Positions 29,994 to 39,981 of a stretch of DNA of 64,000 bases are shown here, piece by piece. Origin of the DNA: Candidatus Kapaibacterium sp. (GTDB taxonomy: Bacteria > Bacteroidota > Ignavibacteria > Kapaibacteriales > UBA2268); the NCBI GenBank assembly GCA_963664875.1, contig OY761611.1, positions 3,648,001 to 3,712,000 on the forward strand, given 5' to 3'. Numbering within the stretch: the stretch's first letter is position 1; every line of letters begins with the position of its first letter. The notes below the pieces were generated by a model. It was not told the origin of the DNA. It did not search any database and was given only the letters and a program-made list of their open reading frames with translations. Position numbers and translations under genes: made by a program.

Positions 29994-32900
29994 ATGAAAT
30001 TTATACTGCTGTTTTTATTAGTTGCCCAATCAATTTATGCCGATAATTATACACAGATTGCAGTAAATTGTGGTGGAGAAGTGGAATATACATTAGAAGA
30101 TGGAATGGTTTATCAACCTGACGGATTATATTCTCTCCAAAGTGGATTTGGAGCCTCGAGAATGGGTAAAAAGCCTAATGCGTCTTTATTGGAAGATTTT
30201 GCTTTTCTAGGTTTAGAAATCAATACATATCCTTATCATATATATAACTCGGAAAATTATTCACCTGAAAAATATATTTTCAATCTCGAAAATGGGGATT
30301 ATGCTTTAGGATTGCATTTTATCGAGAGAGAGTATCATTCTGAAAACAAAAGAATATTTTCTGTGTTTGCAAATGATTCTCTAATTGTTGACTCGTTAGA
30401 CTTAATTAAGTCATTTGGAAGAGGGGTAGCCTGTTTTTCAAAGCATCTTGTTTCAATTACAGATAATAAACTAACACTAAAATTTGATGAAATCAAAGGT
30501 AAAGCAGTTATTTCAGGTATCTCACTGAGAAGAATAGATAGAGACAGCACGGCACCTGAAGAACCTAAAAATATTAAGTTTGTAGGTGGCTTGCGTAAGG
30601 TGTTTGCAAATTGGGATTATAATTTTGAACAGGATTTTGCAGGTTATAAAATTTATAAGCAAACGAAAGATGGTGAAGAAGAGATATTTTCTCATGCGTC
30701 GCGGTTTGTTGACTTTAATGTTTTATCTGATACAAGATACACATATAGAATAGCAACCATAGACCTTTGGGGGAATGAAAGTAAGAAATCAAAAGAATTT
30801 GATGTAAGAGTTTTAGATTTTAAAGACTCAAAACTACCTCTCATCTCAATTTCTATTTCGGAAGATTCTTTGAGGATACTTAATGATGATATATACGCTG
30901 ATCGAACGTTCGAATGCACTGTAAACTATCAAGGCGAGTTTTTTGCCGATGCAAAACTCAGATATAAGGGGCAAAGTTCAAGTAAATACAGAAAGAAAAA
31001 TTTTAAAATATTTTTAGATAATTGTACTTCAGATGGTTTCAATAATCTAAATTTGACTTCTCAATTGATTTCTACTTCTTTTTTAACAGAGGAACTTATT
31101 TGGACTGTTAAGAGAGAAAATTTTGATTTAACAAGCCAAACAAAGTTCGTACGTTTAGTCCTAAATGACAAAGATCAGGGTGTTTATCATCTAAGGCAAG
31201 ACGAGAACGGTAGTTTTTTGGAAAACAACAATATTGAATCTGCAAATATTTATAAGTCAAAATACTCTAATATGGGATATCTAAAAGATTTAGAAGAAGT
31301 TGAACTGAATTTTGAGATAGAGCACGAAGATATCAATGATAGCTATAGTAACCTAAATAATTTTATCCGGTTTATAAATCTAAGTAACGATACTGAGTTC
31401 AAATCAAAGATAGAAGACTATATAGATACAGAAACGTATATGCAAAAGAAGCTTCTGATTAATTATCTTGCTGATAACGATCAAATGAGGCATAATTTTT
31501 TTTTACTTTTCAACTGGGGAACTGAAAGATGGGTTTATCTACCTTATGATCACAATTATGCTTTATCAAGTTTTTCTATGCCTCTTGAGTATCACATTGT
31601 ACCTACAGAAGATGCAGACGGTTATCAAATTCTTATCAATAGATTATATAAGATTCCAGAGTATCGGTTCAGAATGTATCAAATCATGTCTAACTTTATA
31701 TTAAAGTATAACAGCAAAAGGCTTACTGAAATAAGAGATTCTTTGTTTAATTGTGTAGAATACGATTTGAACTTAGACAATACAAATATAAGTGGTGAAG
31801 AAACTGGCTATATCTATGATAAAAACTGTTGGTTGAATCAATTTTTTATAGATCGTGAAAATTTCGCAAAAGAGAATCTCTCTGTATTTTTGCCAAAGCA
31901 ATATACTCCTAACTACGAAATTATACTTAATGAGTACAGCAATCAAAAGCCCAGATATATTGAGCTATTCAATAATTCTTTTGTGGTAGCAGAAATAGAT
32001 AGTATTGTTGTTGCTAAATCTTTTGATTTTAATGCTGGTAAGAAGTTTAACCTTAACTTGACTATTCTAACTCAACAATACTTTGTTATAAATGAGAGCA
32101 TAAATCCCGAGTTTTTTAAAGAAATTGACAATTATTCTGATAATATCTACTTATTCGACAATTATGGCAATTTTATAGATAGCATTGCTTTTAAGGATGA
32201 TGATAGTATTTATGCAAGATTTCCGAATTTAACAGGAGAATGGAATTATAGCGAAGTAGCAACTCCAAATTTGCCCAATATCATTAAATTTGAAACACCA
32301 TTAGTTTATATCAACGAATTTATGCCAAATAATGATTCTACCATTGCTGATGAGTCCGGTAAGTTTGAAGACTGGATTGAATTATACAATCCGAATGACT
32401 TTGAAGTAGATCTCTCCGGTTATTACCTTTCTGACGAATTAGAAGAAACCGATAAATGGAAAATTCCTAAAGGCATTGTCATTGAACCTAAGGGATATTT
32501 ACTCTTTTGGGCTGACAAAGATGAGGAAGAGGGGGATATGCATATTGATTTCAAGTTGTCATCAGACAGTGGTTATGTGATACTTACCAACCCTCAGAAT
32601 AATTATATAATTGACAGCACATATTATATAGATGCTGATTCTGATGAATCATTTGCCCGTAACGGAGACGGCAACAGCGAATGGATTAAGGCTCATGTCC
32701 CGACTCCTAACAGAAGCAATATTTATTATGATGCAGAAACAAGGTATCTCCTTAAAAACGTCTATCCTAATCCGGCAGACGATATTCTGAATATCTACTT
32801 TGTTCTTCATCGAAATAAAAATGTGAAAGTTAGAATTGCGGATTTGCTTGGCAAAACTGTGATGAACATTTATGATGAAAAATTACCAGCCGGCGAATAC

Positions 32901-33002
32901 ACTATCGAAACTGATTTATCAGACATAGCACCCGGTATGTATTATCTCTACTTTGAAACTAAAGACTACTATGAAGTCAAGCCTTTTATAGTAGTGAGAT
33001 AA
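29994..33002 (+). CDS. Secreted malectin-like + FN3 + CotH kinase + lamin-tail domain protein with T9SS CTD
   Basis: AVNCGG / LHFIE / KRIFSV (malectin), RYKGQSS..KKNFKI and DQMRHN..PYD (CotH), INEFM..DWIELYN (LTD), YPNP...GMYYL (CTD). Confidence 0.85.
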   Translation: MKFILLFLLVAQSIYADNYTQIAVNCGGEVEYTLEDGMVYQPDGLYSLQSGFGASRMGKKPNASLLEDFAFLGLEINTYPYHIYNSENYSPEKYIFNLENGDYALGLHFIEREYHSENKRIFSVFANDSLIVDSLDLIKSFGRGVACFSKHLVSITDNKLTLKFDEIKGKAVISGISLRRIDRDSTAPEEPKNIKFVGGLRKVFANWDYNFEQDFAGYKIYKQTKDGEEEIFSHASRFVDFNVLSDTRYTYRIATIDLWGNESKKSKEFDVRVLDFKDSKLPLISISISEDSLRILNDDIYADRTFECTVNYQGEFFADAKLRYKGQSSSKYRKKNFKIFLDNCTSDGFNNLNLTSQLISTSFLTEELIWTVKRENFDLTSQTKFVRLVLNDKDQGVYHLRQDENGSFLENNNIESANIYKSKYSNMGYLKDLEEVELNFEIEHEDINDSYSNLNNFIRFINLSNDTEFKSKIEDYIDTETYMQKKLLINYLADNDQMRHNFFLLFNWGTERWVYLPYDHNYALSSFSMPLEYHIVPTEDADGYQILINRLYKIPEYRFRMYQIMSNFILKYNSKRLTEIRDSLFNCVEYDLNLDNTNISGEETGYIYDKNCWLNQFFIDRENFAKENLSVFLPKQYTPNYEIILNEYSNQKPRYIELFNNSFVVAEIDSIVVAKSFDFNAGKKFNLNLTILTQQYFVINESINPEFFKEIDNYSDNIYLFDNYGNFIDSIAFKDDDSIYARFPNLTGEWNYSEVATPNLPNIIKFETPLVYINEFMPNNDSTIADESGKFEDWIELYNPNDFEVDLSGYYLSDELEETDKWKIPKGIVIEPKGYLLFWADKDEEEGDMHIDFKLSSDSGYVILTNPQNNYIIDSTYYIDADSDESFARNGDGNSEWIKAHVPTPNRSNIYYDAETRYLLKNVYPNPADDILNIYFVLHRNKNVKVRIADLLGKTVMNIYDEKLPAGEYTIETDLSDIAPGMYYLYFETKDYYEVKPFIVVR

Positions 33003-33079
33003 TTTGTAAAGAGACTATTCCTATTCTAAAGTGTCATTCTTTTTTTAGTATTCTTTCTAAATAAATATGGTTTAGTACT

Positions 33080-36000
33080 ATGCGCATTATATACTTTTTT
33101 GTTTTGTTTCTTGCATTTACTGCTACAGAAGCTTTTACTGATGGGGTAAAAAAATATTATATAAGTTGCGATCCGGCTCAACTTAAGCAAATATACGATA
33201 ATCCTCTTGATGATATTTATATTCCGATAAGTTTGGAATTTGAAGGTAAAACTTGGACAGACGTAGAAATGAGAATTAGGGGAGATGGCTCAAGGCTTGA
33301 CCCTAAAAAATCTCTCAAGCTAAATTTCAAAGGTGAAGTGTTTTCAAATGGAAGAGAAAAAATAAACTTCAATGCTGAGTATTTAGATTTGACTTATGCC
33401 AGCTCTTACTTATCCGCACATGTTTACAGGGAAGTTGGAATTCCTGTATTTGATATTGAGCATGCGGCTCTTTATATCAATAACGAGTTCTTCGGTTTGT
33501 ATCTTAGAATCGAAAATGTGGACGAGCAGTACCTCACCGCAAGAGATATGAATCCAAAAGGTAATTTATATAAAGCTACTTACGACGGAGCCTCACTTTC
33601 TCGTGATGACGATTGTAAGCTGAATTGGGAAAAGAAAACAAATGAAAACGGAATCTTTGATGATCTTTATGCATTAAGAGATTCTGTAAATGCTATACCG
33701 AGTAAAGATTTTAAACCTTTCCTTTTGAGGACATTTGATTATCAAAATCTTATAGATATTATTGCAATCAATATCCTTATCTCTAATGCTTCTACTTACT
33801 ATCACAATTACTATCTTTATCATGATATCAATGGCTCAGGCAAATGGATATATATGCCTTGGGATATGGACAAAACTTTTAGCCATCAAGGTTACGGGAA
33901 AGACTATTCTTACACATCTCATCCGATTAGACAAGATAATCCACTTATCGAAAAATGTTTTATAAATGATGAAGTTTTTGCTGACGTCAAAGAAAGAGTT
34001 CAGCAAATTAGCAATTCTACGATGAACGATATTAAGCTAAGTCCAATTTTAGACTCCTTGAAACTCGTGCTAACTGATTATGTACTGATGGATGATACTG
34101 ACCAAATTTCCGGAATGGAAGCGTGGGAACAATCAATGGGTAACTTTAAAACTTATTTTAAAGAAAGAATTGATTTCTTGAATAATATGTTCAACAAGGA
34201 ACCTCAGCCGTTCGAAGTTTACACTTGTCCTCAAAATATCTATGATGAATATACTGTAAAATGGGAGGCTTCATCATCTTCTGAAGGCGAAGTAGAGTAC
34301 AAGATTTTGCTCAATACGAACAAGAATATAATTGACGGAAATGCTCAAGTTATTGAAAATATCAAAGAAACAAGCTATACATTTAAAAATCTCTCACATG
34401 GTCAAAAATATTATTTTATGGTAGTGGCTGTAGCCGGCGGTACAGAGCGGGAAGGAGCTGACAACCACAATTACTTTACATTTTATAAAACGAAAGCCTT
34501 GCCTTGCGAAATTAATGAGAATACTGTGCTTACAAAAGAAGATGGACCTTATAGCGTTGAATGTAATACTGTTGTTATGCCTAACATCAATCTAACTATT
34601 GAGGCAGGAACTATTATTGCTTTTGATTCTGGAATGCGGCTAAAAATAAGGGGAGATATGCAAATCCATGGTACTGAAGATGAACCGGTAATTTTTGAAC
34701 CAAAAAGAGATTATGAACGATTTCAGGATATTTATTTCCATTATACAACTAAACCTTGTGTTTTAGAATATTTTAAAGTTTTAAATGGTGGAATGTATTC
34801 TCAAAATTCCATGATAGATATTAAAGGCATGTTCATGAGATATGACTTTATTGACAATTTTGAGGAGATACCACTTATTTGGTTTGATTTCACAGGTGGC
34901 AAACTAGAGAAATCTACAATAATTTCAAATGGTCAGAGAGAAGGCTTTATCTATAAAAGACATAATAACATAGATGTTCATTATAACACAATGCATAATA
35001 CGCCTGATGCTATTGAATTTATTTTATGTAATGATATTAGGGTGAGCCACAACGCCGTGTATAATTCGACTGATGATGCAGTTGATTTGAATGGTTGTTC
35101 CAACGCAGATATTAGTTATAATTATTTCTATAACTCAGCAGATAAGGGGATTTCGGTTGGTAATGATACAATTGTATCAGAAAAGATTAATATTCATCAT
35201 AATGTTTTCGAGAAATGTAAATATGGAGTTGAAGTAAAGGCATCTTCCTTAGAAGCATTCAATAATACTTTTATTGGTAATGAAACTGCAATTCACTCAT
35301 TTGAAAGAAGAGCAGGAGACGGTGGTGGAAATGCGACAACCTACAATAATCTTTTCTTTAATAACAATAAAGACTTGGTTGTGGATGATAAATCAACTGC
35401 TTCCCTCAACTACTCTCTTTCAAACAAAGAGTTACATCAGGGGATAGGTAATTTGCAGGCTGATCCGATGTTTGTAGATGCTGCCTTTGGTAATTACTAT
35501 TTGATGCCTAATTCTCCGGCTATTGATGCAGGTGACCCTAATTCGCCTAAGGATGAAGATGGTTCGAGAGCTGATATGGGGGCATTCCCGTTCGAACAGC
35601 ATACTACAAATATTGTTATCAATGAAATACATTACAATCAGGACGATATAGTAATTTCAGGTGATTGGGTAGAACTTTATAATAATTCCGGTTTGGACAT
35701 TGATTTAAGTAACTGGTATTTCTCTGATTCTGATGATGCTCATAAATTCGTAATTCCTAATGGTACCATACTCCAAAAAAATGCGTATTTAGTTCTTGCA
35801 GAAACTGCTAAAGATTTTAGTAGCTCCTATCCGGGAGTGAAAAACTACATAGGTAGTCTTGATTTCGGATTTAGTGGAAGTGGTGAACTGCTTAGGTTGT
35901 TTAATCCTTATGGCGTTTTGATAGATCATGTGGAGTACTCTGACAAAGCTCCTTGGCCTACAGAAGCTGATGGAGATGGATATACATTATCATTGATAGA

Positions 36001-36358
36001 TTCGGGATATGACAATGCTCTTCCTGAAAGTTGGCTACCTTCTAAAGAGAAATACGGCACTCCGGGTAAATCAAATTTTGGTACTGATTTGATTGATATT
36101 CATAAAACTGATGTTTCATTCAAGGTATATCCTATGCCGGCGAATTCCTACCTGAATGTAGTTTTCAATAAAAACTTTGATTTGGGATCTGTGCTGATTT
36201 ATGATACTTATGGCAATTCTGTTTTAGCGCAAAAAACATTAAGAAAATCAGGTGAAATGCAAATTGATGTTAGTGGCTTTGCTCCGGGTACTTACTATCT
36301 TATGGTCAATCTGAGCGATGGTAGTTCTGTAAACAGCAAGTTTGTGGTTATAAGATAA
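33080..36358 (+). CDS. Secreted CotH-like + FN3 + right-handed beta-helix + lamin-tail domain protein with T9SS CTD
   Basis: RIRGDGS..KKSLKL, HNYYLY, PWDMD, SPAIDAGDP, INEIHY..DWVELYN and YPMPA...GTYYL motifs. Confidence 0.85.
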   Translation: MRIIYFFVLFLAFTATEAFTDGVKKYYISCDPAQLKQIYDNPLDDIYIPISLEFEGKTWTDVEMRIRGDGSRLDPKKSLKLNFKGEVFSNGREKINFNAEYLDLTYASSYLSAHVYREVGIPVFDIEHAALYINNEFFGLYLRIENVDEQYLTARDMNPKGNLYKATYDGASLSRDDDCKLNWEKKTNENGIFDDLYALRDSVNAIPSKDFKPFLLRTFDYQNLIDIIAINILISNASTYYHNYYLYHDINGSGKWIYMPWDMDKTFSHQGYGKDYSYTSHPIRQDNPLIEKCFINDEVFADVKERVQQISNSTMNDIKLSPILDSLKLVLTDYVLMDDTDQISGMEAWEQSMGNFKTYFKERIDFLNNMFNKEPQPFEVYTCPQNIYDEYTVKWEASSSSEGEVEYKILLNTNKNIIDGNAQVIENIKETSYTFKNLSHGQKYYFMVVAVAGGTEREGADNHNYFTFYKTKALPCEINENTVLTKEDGPYSVECNTVVMPNINLTIEAGTIIAFDSGMRLKIRGDMQIHGTEDEPVIFEPKRDYERFQDIYFHYTTKPCVLEYFKVLNGGMYSQNSMIDIKGMFMRYDFIDNFEEIPLIWFDFTGGKLEKSTIISNGQREGFIYKRHNNIDVHYNTMHNTPDAIEFILCNDIRVSHNAVYNSTDDAVDLNGCSNADISYNYFYNSADKGISVGNDTIVSEKINIHHNVFEKCKYGVEVKASSLEAFNNTFIGNETAIHSFERRAGDGGGNATTYNNLFFNNNKDLVVDDKSTASLNYSLSNKELHQGIGNLQADPMFVDAAFGNYYLMPNSPAIDAGDPNSPKDEDGSRADMGAFPFEQHTTNIVINEIHYNQDDIVISGDWVELYNNSGLDIDLSNWYFSDSDDAHKFVIPNGTILQKNAYLVLAETAKDFSSSYPGVKNYIGSLDFGFSGSGELLRLFNPYGVLIDHVEYSDKAPWPTEADGDGYTLSLIDSGYDNALPESWLPSKEKYGTPGKSNFGTDLIDIHKTDVSFKVYPMPANSYLNVVFNKNFDLGSVLIYDTYGNSVLAQKTLRKSGEMQIDVSGFAPGTYYLMVNLSDGSSVNSKFVVIR

Positions 36359-36482
36359 GTTGATTTACGAAAACAAGTTTCAAAATATATGGAGAAGCAG
36401 TTTTCGCCTCTCCATTTTTTTTTATTATATTCAAACTATACCTAAATCATCAATTTGCTGATTAAAAACACAAGAGGATATA

Positions 36483-36845
36483 ATGGAGTCGATAAAATCA
36501 ATAATTGAAAATTTGAATGCAGCTTGGGTCAATCAGGACTATAAACCATTAGAATCTCTGCTTCATAAAGATGTGGTATTCACAATGCCGGGATTTAAAG
36601 CTCAGGTAATAGGATTAGATAAATGCATCGAAGGTTATAAGCAGTTTATGCAGGTGGCTGAGTTGCACAATTTCGAAATTGACAATCTTAATATCACTAT
36701 TACCGGCAATACTGCTGTAGCTCACTATAATTATAAAATAAGCTACACAGTCAATTCTGAAAAATACGATGAAGAAGGTATAGATATCTTTACTTTAACA
36801 AATATTGAAGGTAATTGGTTAGTGGTGTGGCGAGGAATGGCATAA
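36483..36845 (+). CDS. NTF2/SnoaL-like (DUF4440) protein
   Basis: AW...D...L..LLHKDVVF and GNTAVA...GNWLVVWR patterns. Confidence 0.75.
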   Translation: MESIKSIIENLNAAWVNQDYKPLESLLHKDVVFTMPGFKAQVIGLDKCIEGYKQFMQVAELHNFEIDNLNITITGNTAVAHYNYKISYTVNSEKYDEEGIDIFTLTNIEGNWLVVWRGMA

Positions 36846-36934
36846 ACTTTTTTTCTTATATTCAGTAAAAATACAATATCAGATAAATAAGTCCGTTTAT
36901 AAAATGTACGATTTTTTTTATAAAGGGATAAATT

Positions 36935-37273
36935 ATGAATATCAGAAATTATGCTACGGAAGAAACAAAACAGACCCCGCACGGTCTTGAAATAAAGCAG
37001 GTATATGCCAAAGAAAATGCTCATGCTATGCACATTAGCTTAAAAGCGGGAGAGTCTCTTCGTCCTCATATTACTCCGGTAGATGTATTCTTTTATATTT
37101 TGGAAGGCACTCCGACTGTTGTAGTAGGAGAGGAGGAGTATATTGCCTCTGTCGATGATGTGATAGAAAGCCCTAAGGACATAATGCACTATCTCAAAAA
37201 TGATTCTGCTAAGCTTGCGAGGATTTTGGTTGTGAAAGCTCCTGCACCAACTGCCAAGGCTCAACTCTTATAA
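36935..37273 (+). CDS. Cupin-domain protein
   Basis: LKAGESLRPHITP..FFYILEG...P...H cupin motifs. Confidence 0.85.
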   Translation: MNIRNYATEETKQTPHGLEIKQVYAKENAHAMHISLKAGESLRPHITPVDVFFYILEGTPTVVVGEEEYIASVDDVIESPKDIMHYLKNDSAKLARILVVKAPAPTAKAQLL

Positions 37274-37320
37274 TAAAAAAAAATCCCGTTGCTCATACTG
37301 ATTAGAGAAACGGGATTTTT
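37274..37320. terminator. Bidirectional terminator
   Basis: aaaaaatcccgtt...aacgggattttt. Confidence 0.8.
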
Positions 37321-37332
37321 GAATTATCAAAA

Positions 37333-37887
37333 CTACTCGCCTGCCTTTGCTTTTTTCTTGCTTTTTTCCATTTTTTCCATCAATTCAGGCATTCCTCCTG
37401 TCATCATGCCGGCTGCCTGAATTAGCTTACCTAAATCTGATAGACCGGATATATTTATAAGTACTACTTCATCTTTTTGGATTACGTACATGATAAAGTC
37501 TTTTTTGACTTTGTCAGACAGCATTTTCACAGTCTCGTTTTTCTGGTTTACTTCCATCAGTACTTCGTAATCAGAGTAAGTGCTTTTGATTTCTGATTTG
37601 AGTTTGTCTATCTTGTCTTTGCCCCAACCTGATTCAATTAGATTGATAGTCAGAACTTTTACACCCTTGATTTCATTTGCGATATCCCTGAATTCCTTGC
37701 TTTTCTGGTCATTGGCACCCATGTTTACGAAGGATTTCAACATCGCAGGTGTAACATTTACAAGTGTTACTCCTTCTAAATCTTTTACTTCATCGTAAAC
37801 TTTGTCCACGAAGTTATCTGCGGCAAAAGCAGCAACCGAAGCAATTGCAAAGATTAGTGGAAGCATAAGTTTGCTGATTAGTTTCAT
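37333..37887 (-). CDS. DUF4252-family secreted protein
   Basis: GVTLVNVTPAML, YEVLMEV and VLINISG motifs; usual position after an ECF/anti-sigma pair. Confidence 0.8.
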   Translation of the reverse strand: MKLISKLMLPLIFAIASVAAFAADNFVDKVYDEVKDLEGVTLVNVTPAMLKSFVNMGANDQKSKEFRDIANEIKGVKVLTINLIESGWGKDKIDKLKSEIKSTYSDYEVLMEVNQKNETVKMLSDKVKKDFIMYVIQKDEVVLINISGLSDLGKLIQAAGMMTGGMPELMEKMEKSKKKAKAGE

Positions 37888-38339
37888 TTTGTTTCCTTTG
37901 GAATATTGGTAGAATTTAGTTTTTTGAGTTCATTTAGCACTTCTAATTGTGCAAAGTTCTCTTCTATTTTGCTGAGAGCTGTTAAATTTTGAGTACTTGT
38001 ATTTATATGATACATTACCGTCATTAGAGCTTCTTTAGTTATTTTCGCATCATTCTGACGTGAAATATTTGAGCTGATTACCATTGCAGCTGTGATAGTA
38101 ATAATCATTAAAGCTGCAGCTACAGTACCTGCATATCTGAATCGTTGCTTTTTTGGCTTATTGTTTATTAGTACCTTGCTACGCTGGTTAGCATCTATAA
38201 ATGTAAAGTAATCGCGATAAGCATCGAAATCAGATTCGGGCTTGTCTCTGAAATAGTCTCTGAGAAGTTGTTCTTCTTCCAAAGTTGTTTCGCCGTCGAA
38301 ATACTTATCGAGAAGTTTTTTTATAATATTAGCGTTCAT
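37884..38339 (-). CDS. Membrane anti-sigma factor-like protein
   Basis: LLDKYFDGETTLEEEQLLRDYF N-terminus and a single TM helix. Confidence 0.8.
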   Translation of the reverse strand: MNANIIKKLLDKYFDGETTLEEEQLLRDYFRDKPESDFDAYRDYFTFIDANQRSKVLINNKPKKQRFRYAGTVAAALMIITITAAMVISSNISRQNDAKITKEALMTVMYHINTSTQNLTALSKIEENFAQLEVLNELKKLNSTNIPKETK

Positions 38340-38826
38340 ATTCAAATCCAATCTCTAATAATTCTCTTACGGTTTTTCTTGCTCTGGACAAATTTGTTTT
38401 AATGGCATTGATTTTCATGCCTGTTATGTTTTCTATCTCTTCATACTCATAGCCCTGAAGATCGCGTAAAGAAAATATTAACTGTTGCTTTTCGGGCAAT
38501 CGACTGAGAGCAGTTTCTATCATCACTCTTACATCAATTTTTTGTTCGGTGTTGTCAGTTGTCTGTCCAAAATACTCTAAACTGCTGTCCAATCTTATTT
38601 CCTTTTTCTTTCGCAACTTATCTATACACAGATTTTTGAGTGAGTTGACTGCAAAAGCACTTCCCGAAGGATACTTATCAAGCTCGCTGCCTTTTTCCAA
38701 AGCTTTCAGGTATAAATCCTGCAAAGCATCTTCAGCCTCGGTTTCTGTGCCGAGCATTCGTCTTGCAATCGCCTGCAGCTTGTGCCGGATTGCATAAATA
38801 TCTTCTATTTTGTCTTTTAGTTTCAT
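38329..38826 (-). CDS. ECF RNA polymerase sigma factor
   Basis: AEDALQDLYLK, NLCIDKLRK and LPEKQ...EI...KTNLSRAR motifs (regions 2 and 4.2). Confidence 0.92.
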   Translation of the reverse strand: MKLKDKIEDIYAIRHKLQAIARRMLGTETEAEDALQDLYLKALEKGSELDKYPSGSAFAVNSLKNLCIDKLRKKKEIRLDSSLEYFGQTTDNTEQKIDVRVMIETALSRLPEKQQLIFSLRDLQGYEYEEIENITGMKINAIKTNLSRARKTVRELLEIGFEYER

Positions 38827-38836
38827 ATCTACTTGG

Positions 38837-38864
38837 TAAACGCACAGCACTTCAAATCGTTACA
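38837..38864 (-). promoter_or_regulatory. Putative autoregulatory ECF promoter
   Basis: Minus strand reads TGTAAC-N16-CGTTTA about 10 nt before the sigma ATG, matching the general AAC/CGT ECF pattern. Confidence 0.55.
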
Positions 38865-38986
38865 AATAAATTTTTCCTATATCAAATAAAAACTATTTAG
38901 ATATTGTTGATATTATTCTTAACTTAACTGTAAGAACATTGTTCGCTGATGTAAAACCAAAAATTGCGAAAAACCGGAGTCTTTCG

Positions 38987-39853
38987 ATGTTAAGAATATT
39001 ATGCATAATTTGTATTTTTATGTTGATTTCCATAGATGCTTTTTCAGAATCTTTACTATTGCTAAGATCCGGGAGAGTTTTGAGTGGTGAAATCATGCAG
39101 GAAGATGAGATAACATTGCGTCTGAAATTTGCTGACGGTGCAGAAGTTACTCTTGAAAAAGATAAGATAATAAAAATAACTAATGCGAAATATGTCATTT
39201 CGACGGAAAACGGCAGTAGATATATAGGAGAGATTATTGAGGAAACTGATTTAATTGTTAGAGTCAAAACTGAAGGTAATCTGAATATTGAAATTCCCAA
39301 ATCTCAAATAAAAGACAGGCAAATTCAAACAAGATTCGACAAGCTTCATCAACGCAATAAATCCGTTAAAAGTAAATTGGAAAACAGCTCATGGGATGAT
39401 AACCAAATACTCAAAAGAATGGATTACAGTCTCGATCATTTTGATTTAGGCATTTCTTGGCATTTCCCGATTGGAATGAATGTAATCTTAGGATATTCAT
39501 CTGAAGAATTTGGGGTTAGAGTTCAGGGAGGCAAATTAGGGTCAGTGAGTGGCTTTCAGGGCAATCTCTTGATTAACTTATCACAGGAGAAATCAGTTGA
39601 AATGAACTTGGGGCTTTGCCTTGGGCAAGTTGATTTTGGATTATTTAATCAGGGTAATGGTCGTAAATATCTTACCCGTCCAAATTATGACAATAAATAC
39701 TCATATATTGGCTTGACATTAGATATAAATATATATGGTATTTTTATAGAAACAGGTTTATTTGGAGATATAAATAATAATCTTATTGATGAGTTTTCTC
39801 GTCCAAATGTTCATATCGCCTTTGGCTATGTCTTTAGATTTAACGAAATATAG
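38987..39853 (+). CDS. Secreted protein with two small N-terminal beta repeats and a C-terminal OM beta-barrel (paralog 1)
   Basis: Signal peptide; LRSG..L.GEI / TENGSRY.GEI repeat; ends GYVFRF. Confidence 0.7.
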   Translation: MLRILCIICIFMLISIDAFSESLLLLRSGRVLSGEIMQEDEITLRLKFADGAEVTLEKDKIIKITNAKYVISTENGSRYIGEIIEETDLIVRVKTEGNLNIEIPKSQIKDRQIQTRFDKLHQRNKSVKSKLENSSWDDNQILKRMDYSLDHFDLGISWHFPIGMNVILGYSSEEFGVRVQGGKLGSVSGFQGNLLINLSQEKSVEMNLGLCLGQVDFGLFNQGNGRKYLTRPNYDNKYSYIGLTLDINIYGIFIETGLFGDINNNLIDEFSRPNVHIAFGYVFRFNEI

Positions 39854-39981
39854 GAAATGTTAGAGATTATTGGATGATAGATAAAAAATATTTAGAAATA
39901 ATTGAAATAATTCTTAACTTAACTGTAAGAACAGCGTATAAATAAATAATACCAATAAATCTCAAAAAACGGAGCCTATCA

